64,000 nucleotides of DNA from NCBI GenBank assembly GCA_951406725.2, contig OX597815.1:142352001-142416000 (forward strand), read 5' to 3'. Source of the stretch: Octopus vulgaris. Lineage: Eukaryota. The stretch's first letter is position 1. Each line of letters begins with the position of its first letter. This document shows positions 55,301-64,000 of this stretch, piece after piece. Made by a program: the position numbers and the translations under genes. The notes under the pieces are model-generated. The model searched no databases, was not told where the DNA came from, and was given only the letters and a program-made list of their open reading frames with translations.

Positions 55301-55609
55301 TACCTATATGTATGTAGGTATGTATGCATGTATGTATGTATGTATGTATGTATGTATGCGTGTGTATGTATGTATGTATGTATGTATGCATGTATGTATG
55401 TATGTAAGTATATATGTATGTATGTATGCATGTATGTATACACGCATGGATGTATGTATATATGTAGGTATTTATTGTATGAATGTATATATGTATGTAT
55501 GTATGTATGTATGTGCAGATTTGTATGTTTATGTATGTATTCTCATTGATTCACATGCATATAGTTGCATGTCTAGACATGTACATATATATATAAATGA
55601 TAAACTTCT

Positions 55610-56335
55610 GCAACGTTTTACAGATATTTAGTTTCAGTGGTGAAATTTGTATCTGTAGTCTTCGAATTAGCTTTCTCCCTTCTGCTTTTGAGAAGCCTAA
55701 TTTCTCAAGATTGATATTTAAGCAGTATGTTACCTATCCAAGGGCATCAGTAATTATAGGTATAAACCTGAACTTGTAATCTAGATAGAGTAACTGCAGA
55801 TTTCTCAATAGTTCTGTATGTTTTCTTTTTCATTGATCTTCGGCTTTATGTTAACATTTGCTGGGCAGCTAATTCACAACTGTGCACAATTTCTCTTCTC
55901 TTTCCCAAAGCATTATATCAGGCCTGTTGTGCTTACATTTTATTGTGGTCTTCACTGGTACATTCAATCAGTATTCGTTTTTAATATGAATAGCTATGGC
56001 ATCTACCATATTGTTGGCTCTCATCTCTTTGTACTCAGGATTATCCTTCCGTCGGATTTCATTATAGAGTGTTCTAGCTACAATATCATATCTCATCGGT
56101 AGATGATACCATGAGGATACTATCGGACAACTGCTTTTGATAAGGGTGATATCGTCAGTGTGAATTCCACAAAGTCTGCATCGGTTGTGACATTTTACGG
56201 CTTTTTCGGCATCTCTATTCCTTTTGTGCATAAGGAACTTAGTAATCCGGCTGTTAGTCTATGATAGACCGCTTTGATGATAGATGCTACTATCATCACG
56301 AAGCTTCTACTAACATACCCATGCTTTGACAGATT
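55610..56335 (-). mobile_element. 3' part of an R4/Dong-like RLE LINE (zinc knuckle plus restriction-like endonuclease)
   Basis: CRLCGIHTDDITLIKSSCP..YHLPMRYDIVARTLYN, then KHNRPDIMLWEREEKLCTVV and FIPIITDALG. Confidence 0.85.
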
Positions 56336-56339
56336 TAGG

Positions 56340-57900
56340 ACGCAACTAATTTCCATCTTTAATCAATTATGATTTAAAATTATGGTAGCTACAAATCTCC
56401 CTGTAGTTGATTATTTATATGTTTCCCTAAATTTAAATTCCCTCCCGTATAAACCTTTCCATAACCCTAATAAGAATCATGCATACATATATAAACACTC
56501 TTGTCTCCCTCCTGTAATATTTAAAAATCTGATAGTTAATGTTAATAACAGTGTCTAACCTCTCTTCTTCTAGTGAAATTTTCGAGAAAGCTGCCCCCTA
56601 TTATAACAAGACTCTGACCAATAGGGACCTCACACAGAAATTAATATATAACAATTCTAATAATAATCAAAATATTAATAATAGATCTAGTGGCATCAAC
56701 GGTAAAGTAATACATAACCACTCTAGTATTAATGAGAATAATAAGAAACCTAAAAATCATTTCGTTCGCCTCTCTCTTTTCACTTAATATAAAAAGTAAC
56801 ATTGTTAAAAGATTTCTTTCTCTCCTAGACAAACACTTTCCAGACCCTCACAGACACTGGAAAAATTTAATAGGCGTTCTGTGAAATTATCATATAGCTG
56901 CTGCCCCAATATGAATAGAATCATTACACATGTTCAATACCAAGACCTTGAATCCAGTTACAGCTGTCGCAACCCAATCTCCTGTCCACCTGACCAAAGA
57001 TGTATGACTAAATGTATTAAATATGAGGCAAAAGTTAAAGGTTACTGCAACCCTAAATAATTATGCAACTATATTGGATTATGTGAAGGTGAATTTAAAA
57101 ATCGGTATGCAAATCACAGCCTCCTTCCGGTGTACAAACACAACTAAACCCACTATGTTGGTTAGATAAATACGGACTTTGAAGCATAACGAAACACTGC
57201 ATATGATTAAATGGGAAGTAATTGAGAAATCCATACCTTATGTAAATGGATCGATTAAATGTAGACTTTGTTTGGCAGATCTTGTTGAGATCTACGACCC
57301 CTAGCTCTCTATTGAACTCCAGGTCAGAAATATGTATAAATATGCATATGTATAAATATAGTCTCAAGAACTGGAAAATTCCGCCTATTCTTGACTAACT
57401 TCATATCATTCCAGCCTTATTATTTAATATCTAAGTAGGATAGCTCTATTACCTTTTTACTTTTTACACTTTAGTTTCTGTTGTTCGTTTTCCGTTTTTT
57501 ACTGTTTGAGTTTTATATACGCTTGTCAGTTTTTTTCTGGATAACGTAAATTCTATTTCTTAATACAACGGGCAGAATATTTCTAATTTTGAAAACCAGT
57601 GGATGTATTCCACTGAATTAAGGTAAATAATCTTTCGAACAGCGGTCAGTAGCGACGCCTGCTGGCTTCGGCTGCTCTATATCGATAAGGGGCAAATACC
57701 CCGAACTAGTCTGTAGATGTCAGACTAGCAAGGGGAAGTGGCTGACTTTCCTTGTTCGAAGGTTATAATGGACACAGGTTTGTGTGTCACATAGCTAGCT
57801 AGAGGCAATGGTCCCAAATAAACGGCAACATTCGTTCTATTTTCCTGGACTGCCATGTTAGCTTGGTGATAACTGTTAATATCCAGTTCCGCTGCCGTAG
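56340..57900 (+). mobile_element. 5'-truncated Penelope-like element: RT thumb, GIY-YIG endonuclease and 3' pLTR region
   Basis: YKPFH..SNLSSSSEIFEKAAPYYN, FLSLLDKHFP, VKLSYSCCPNMNRII, CRNPISCP..RC..KYEAKV, YIGLCEGEFKNRYANH, IKWEVIEKSIPYVNGSIKCRLCL, LLNSRSEI. Frameshifted. Confidence 0.92.
57676..57717 (+). ncRNA. Decayed Penelope pLTR minimal hammerhead
   Basis: TCTATA-TCGATAA-GGGG-CAAATA-CCCC-GAA-CTAG-TC|TGTAGA. Stems I and II and the palindromic stem III are present, but the core is mutated. Confidence 0.6.
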
Positions 57901-58062
57901 TCTCCTTTAGAAAGATTTAGAAATAATAATATTTCTATTTATAATGATATATATTTACCAACATAATGTGGATGTCCTGAAAGGAACGACTGTTACTGTT
58001 GTTTAACCCCAGGAAATATTGTTTCCCGCTTGCTATACGACACAATATCTGTGTCCTTATCT

Positions 58063-58289
58063 TTTCAAACAGGGAGTTCTGCACTCTCATCTAGCACAAA
58101 ACAACATCTGTGGACCGATTTCTTGGTTATTATCCTTTATCAAAACAGAGTCGCTGCTTTGCTAGGTGGCGTTGCTGAATTCACCGTTCGAAAATATATA
58201 GTTTTTAAAGTGGCTGAAAGACACTGATCTAATAAAACAGAAACATTTTGTTTTGTGCTGGATGGGAGTGATGAGCTCCCTGTTCGAAA
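58063..58289. repeat. Inverted repeat, 42-bp arms (6 differences), 143-nt spacer
   Basis: 58063-58104 versus the reverse complement of 58248-58289. Confidence 0.85.
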
Positions 58290-58375
58290 CAACTGTTGCT
58301 GAATATCTCTCTTTAAAAGATTTAAAAAGAATAATGTTTCTATTTTATATATATATATATATATACACACATACA

Positions 58376-58442
<67 letters not shown>

Positions 58443-58627
58443 TACAAAATTAGAAAATGGAGAAACATGCTTAAATCAATAAAACATCAGCTAACAGATG
58501 ATACCCAATCAATACTTTATTACACCATTACATATCAGTAAAGGCATTATACAAAATATATAGTAAATATAAATAGACAAGGAAATAGAAATATAAAATA
58601 TAAAATATAATATGTAATTATATCATA

Positions 58628-58737
58628 TCTGACAGCTGTTTCGGCAGTAAGGGCAGTCATACCTCATTTAACCTATAAGCTATAAAGGCAGATATAAATG
58701 AGGCATTAACAAGGATGCCCCACGACCTCTTCAGAGA
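58628..58737 (-). ncRNA. Type I hammerhead ribozyme with intact core, long stem II and palindromic stem III
   Basis: Minus: UCU-CUGAAGA-GG..(GUGGGGCA/UGCCCUUAC; UGCCUCAUUUA/UAAAUGAGGUA)..CC-GAAA-CAGCUG-UC|AGA. Confidence 0.8.
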
Positions 58738-59039
58738 ATTTAATTTGTTATAATTGTGAAAAAATTATTTTTCCATATACATATAAATATAAAAATATAA
58801 AAATGTAAAATATAAAAACTTGTGCATAAACTCCATAATGCTACACATATATAATACTCATTGATACAATAATGCAAGGTAAACAAAACAAAACAAAACA
58901 AAATATATATCAGTGTATATATTAATATTAATAAGCTCAGTTATTTTACATATTTGGCTAATAGTTCTAAAAACTAACACATAGGGAGATGTATGCGCAC
59001 ATCCCATGGTGGGTTGAATTTTTCAACCCCTATCTCATT

Positions 59040-59095
<56 letters not shown>

Positions 59096-59384
59096 AGCGG
59101 AATATGACATCTGTGTGTTTTGAAGGCTGTCTTTTAATCCAACAATGAATTCAGAGCTATAAGCAACTTCATAGTTTAGCAAATACTTACATCAGAGCTT
59201 CCAACTGTCACAGCTACAAAATAGCCAATACCACCCAAGCTATATCGACATGATCTTTGTTAAAAATACACTTGATTCTATGAAGAATGTCATGACTAAC
59301 CAATATGTCCAAAAGCATACAGACAACACCCGATCACGTACACATACAAAAACACTGAAAGTATAAATATATTAGACATTGCAT

Positions 59385-59451
<67 letters not shown>

Positions 59452-59513
59452 TGTATACCCATCCACACGCACACTCACACACATGTATATATATATATAT
59501 ATATGTATATATT

Positions 59514-59601
<88 letters not shown>

Positions 59602-60329
59602 TGTGTGTGTGTTTGTATGTATATATGCATATATAACTGACTAAAAATATAACGTTATCATACTATAATAAACTAGAATATAAATAACTCTAGGGTATAT
59701 CTGGAGCTTGTGAGCCAACAATGAATAAAATTATCCCTGGTCTACAGTAGTGGCCAAAATGAATATGTATAATGTTATGACAAAGTCCAAATACTTTAAA
59801 GGAGTTATGCCCATTTTTTGATTATACACTGGAAAGAATACACCGAAAAGAATACATGTCTTGACATACAATATGGTACATTTTCAGGTGGGTAAACCTA
59901 TTAGAGAAACTTGCCCCCTTATTACTTCCTAAAGACAACCAACTTTAAAAATACTTCTTACCGATCAATCATTTTCCATAGACAACCGTATTTCTGACGG
60001 AAATGCGAAAAATACTGAAATATAGAAGCCTTGTGATACAAATAACGGATCTCCATAATAATAGGTGCACTTTCGAATTATAAAGAGCGACATACACAAA
60101 GACATATAACCAAGACCCGAAAATGTATACATATACACAACACATCAAAATTAACATCACCAGACATTGCATTTACATTTTATAGTATAATTTCAATGCA
60201 ATAATAATAAGCAAAATTATAAAAGATTACACGTATTGAAGGCACACTGATCTGTGGTGGAATGTGCAGTGAAAGCACGTATTATCAGTTAGAATATTGA
60301 ATTAATATTAATAATATCAATCATTTAAT

Positions 60330-60680
60330 GTCTATTCCCACATGATACTTTGGTGAAGTCTGATAGAATTGTTAGTAAAGATATTGCCATCCAGCTTGGT
60401 ATTAACAAGAGTGTTATTGCTGTAATAAAAAGCGAAAAATCGACAGAAGCATGAGGGAATTAGATGAAACAGATATACACACCATAAAGCTATTAACAGT
60501 GAAGAGCGGCGTGCCTCCATAAAGCAGTGTTGATATATATAAAGCAAGAAGTGGGGGTGGACAGAAACTCATTATAAGAGACAGCGTATACTTAGCAATT
60601 AAAAAAAACATGAGAATATTCAAGTATAGCAAATGAAGAGATACATACATACCTCATTCATGAAGGTCAATACAGAGAAC
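60330..60680 (+). mobile_element. Heavily decayed RLE-LINE (R4-like) RT remnant
   Basis: IKAINS..DIYKARSGGGQKL resembles RLYLPRxxGGRGL. More possible LINE debris on the minus strand at about 61000-61620. Confidence 0.4.
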
Positions 60681-62779
60681 AAAAATATTCCGAATTAAAT
60701 ATGAGGTAAATAGATTACAGAGATTGAAGAGGAAGTGTGAGTTAGCTACAATAACAGGCAATTATAACAGCGCTAAACTAAATATATACAGAAGCGCGTA
60801 ATGTATTATATGTGAAAATTCAAATGAGACTAAACTTCATATATATGTGTATATATATATATATATATTATGGATGTATGTAGTAAGATGTTAGAAAAGA
60901 TATTACGGCGAATTCGAGTAGATCAGAATAGAAAATATACTCTAAGGATTGTGGAAAAATTAAAAATAGTAAATTAATTACTCGCGTACCTAGCGATGCT
61001 TATCAAGGTTTTTATGACCATATAAAAAGTTTTGTAGTAGGTTTTGATTAGTCATTCCATGGATTTCGTAGATTTCATTCTGTTAATCCGCATATTGTCT
61101 ATAGACCTTATGAGGTTGTAGATACATAGCAATAAATGCAAAGAATCTGTTCCAAATATGCTGGTCATGAACCAATTTTAAACATTCCATCAGCTTCCTC
61201 TCTGTCCATTATTTGATATCTTTCAATCATTTCCTTTCTTGTGTTCCTATAGTTCCTTTATCAGAAGTGCGTTCAGGTTTCCTCATACCCGCTTTAGGTA
61301 GAGTGACTTGATGTGTTGTGACATGATCAAAATATCTTCATTTATTTCTTGCCTGATGACTATTGAGTGTATCCGAAACGAGTAGTATCCTAACGATTTC
61401 TTTCCTTCGATATCGTTTGTTGGATGCTCTCTGTTTAAATCCAAACCATCATTCTATTAGAATCCATTTCAAAGTAAATTATCACTTCTTCACTTTCGAC
61501 ACGTTTTTGTTTGGATCTCATAATTTGAAATCCCAATTGCTCTTTAAAAGAAAGTTTGTTGTTAATATGATGTATGTTTTCTAAACAAGGCTTAATTTTT
61601 CTAAGGTCTATAGACACTGCAATCTAATCAGATTTCTTTTTTGATATTACATATTTCATCATTAGTCTTCTAAAATAATTAATATTAATCAGTTTGTTTG
61701 AAAGACCGCTCTGTTATTTCAATTTGCGTAGGTTATTTTCCTTTATACTAGATATTTCAAATTCTATAACAAACTTTGACAGTCGTACGATATTGTGTTC
61801 TTAGATTCACAATTTCGTCTACGTTATGTCCTATTTAAGCCAAATCATTGAGAAAATATGCATTTTCATTTCTCTACCTCCTAACTAACATTTGTTTGAA
61901 ATACTGACGTTTCTCTCATTTAGTATTAATGAGCCACGTTAAACATTTTAGGCGAAACCAAAAACTTTTATTAATATCTCTTGTTTTAGTAAGTTTCCTT
62001 GATGAATTTAGAAAACGAAACAATTCACATTCTTATATTGACTTTATATTATTTACTAGTAGTAGACAAGTATTGTATTCTGTTTGAATAAGCAATAATA
62101 CTCTTTGACGAACGTAGAGGATGTATTGTGTAAATGTATGAAGATAAACCATTATGAGAGAAAATCAATACAATGAATGTAATAATATATGTTACCTCAC
62201 AATGTAGTAACTGAGGCAAAAGGGGTAATACGTTTTAAATTACCAAATATGATACAGAAAATGTCTTACATACAACATTGCCACATAAACGAGGAAAAGA
62301 GGTATGCAATATTTTAGCTGATACTGAAATGTAGATAGAGCGTAGCTACTACAATGATGCATTTTGTTGTCGCTCAATCCCAGGTTGATTCAAATAACAC
62401 ACTTAGTGATATATAGCACGTTGATTAGTGATCAGTTGATCATTTGCTGATGGATCTCTTAAGACTCTTCTGATTTCTCTGTTTAATGAATGATTGTTAT
62501 TTAATATTGGAAATCGTCATAAAGACATTTCCTCAGTCGACACTAAATCCTCTAATCTCTGTCACAAACAATGAGGTATTGAACAGCGAAGTGTACCTAG
62601 CAAAATGTAGTCATAATAACAACATTCATAAAAGAAAAAAAAAGTATTGAGGTGTTATGACCAGAATACTTCTCATCACAGTTCGTATTAATCATGGGTT
62701 GCCCAGTATTAAATAACAACTGATGTTATAATAGCTATCATTTAAGTAACTTAAGTATTATAAACACAAAATTGATATT

Positions 62780-62981
62780 GGTTTCAAATTTTGGCACAAG
62801 CCAGCTCGTCCAGAAGTGGAGGTAATTTGATTACATCAATCCAAATACTTATTTCATCGAACCCAAAAAGGATAAAAGGCAAAGTCGACCAAGGCGGAAT
62901 TTGAACTGAGAGCGTAAAGACGGGTGAAATAGCGCTAAGTATTTTGATCGATGTGCTAACGATTCTCCAAGCTCGCTGCCT
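62780..62981 (-). mobile_element. SINE family B, short-tail variant, with TSD
   Basis: AAGGATAAAAGGCAAAGTCGACCAAGGCGGAATTTGAAC..GCTCGCTGCC. TSD TAAACACAAAATTG at 62761-62774 and 62982-62995. Confidence 0.88.
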
Positions 62982-62999
62982 TAAACACAAAATTGTAAG

Positions 63000-63335
63000 T
63001 ATTGTGTTGTTAACTTGCTCTGATTAATATACTGACAATGGAATACTGACGATAACTTACGCATGTTACTGAATATCTGTTAACATTCAGCTTTTAACAC
63101 AATGATTATAACATAATGATGTTAACCTACGGATACAACGTTGTTAATATTCGGATGTTAGCATTCTGATGATGACGTAATACAATTCAGTTAGCTTAAG
63201 AATATTAATTAACTGGCATTAGCATCAGTACTTTAACAATATGACACTAGTGTGTTAACAGCAAGTTGATGATACGCTCTTTAACGTAGTAATGTTAATA
63301 TACTGAAGTTGCGTCTACGTCTTGATGTTAACGAG
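63000..63335. repeat. Degenerate short-period minisatellite (GTTAAC/ACTGA-rich)
   Basis: Recurrent GTTAA(C/T), AATACTGA and TAGCAT words. Confidence 0.5.
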
Positions 63336-63437
63336 GTGATAATCTACTAGCTTTAAAGAAACAATCTTATCCTTCACATGCAAATGTGCGTGTATGCACG
63401 AGTGCTTAAGTGTGTGTATGTGCGGTGGGGTGTTTGT

Positions 63438-63482
<45 letters not shown>

Positions 63483-64000
63483 TGTATGTATGAGTGTGTT
63501 TGTGTGTCCATCCAGTAACAAAAATTGAAACTTATTTTGATCGCTGTATGTAATAATACAACTTGCTTCGTAGCGTTTGCATTTTCATCGTACGCTAAAT
63601 ATCACATGTATATAAGACGTGTGCGTATAAGTATGTATATGTAATTCAAAATATTGAATGAATATATACTTACATACATACGTGTTTGTGTGTGAACGTG
63701 AGTAGATTTTATGTTTGTGAATCATCTAAATTCAAAATATACACATATTAATCATTGTATGTATAGATTCAGAAGAAGTTATACAAAGATATCAATTATG
63801 CCTGAAATAGACAGAAAGTCATAGAAAGAAATGGATATATTAAATCAGTAAACATTCAGCGTTAAACAATCTGCATCTAAAATCTGTCATATGGTTATCT
63901 TACATATCAATGACAATTGTTCGGAATATGTAATATTATATATGTTTTATACTTTATGGCGTGTTGACATGAATGCAGAGAAATGATTGTGTTCTACACA

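Overview
AT-rich, microsatellite-dense metazoan DNA. The repeat content (two very abundant tRNA-headed SINE families, cecropia-like mariners, Tc1, Penelope-like elements, RLE LINEs and an APE LINE) is what I recognise from octopus/cephalopod genomes; this assignment is by recognition only. No host protein-coding gene can be identified with confidence. Most ORF-track entries are translated microsatellites, and only a few weak minus-strand exon candidates exist. The standout observation is two divergent RT-less, ORF1/gag-like retroelements (3934-5039 and 20978-23043). Each has inserted at the same nucleotide of the tRNA-derived head of a SINE family A copy, in the same orientation, with 15-bp and 13-bp target-site duplications and the same ATGAAATA 3' end. 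This suggests a SINE-targeting, site-specific retroelement system. Also notable: SINE family B repeatedly inserts into its own head via GGTAT tail/target homology; one intact and several decayed Penelope-type hammerhead ribozymes; and a cluster of fold-back palindromes near 8.0-8.8 kb. Repeat boundaries were read by eye and are approximate unless TSD/TIR positions are given.
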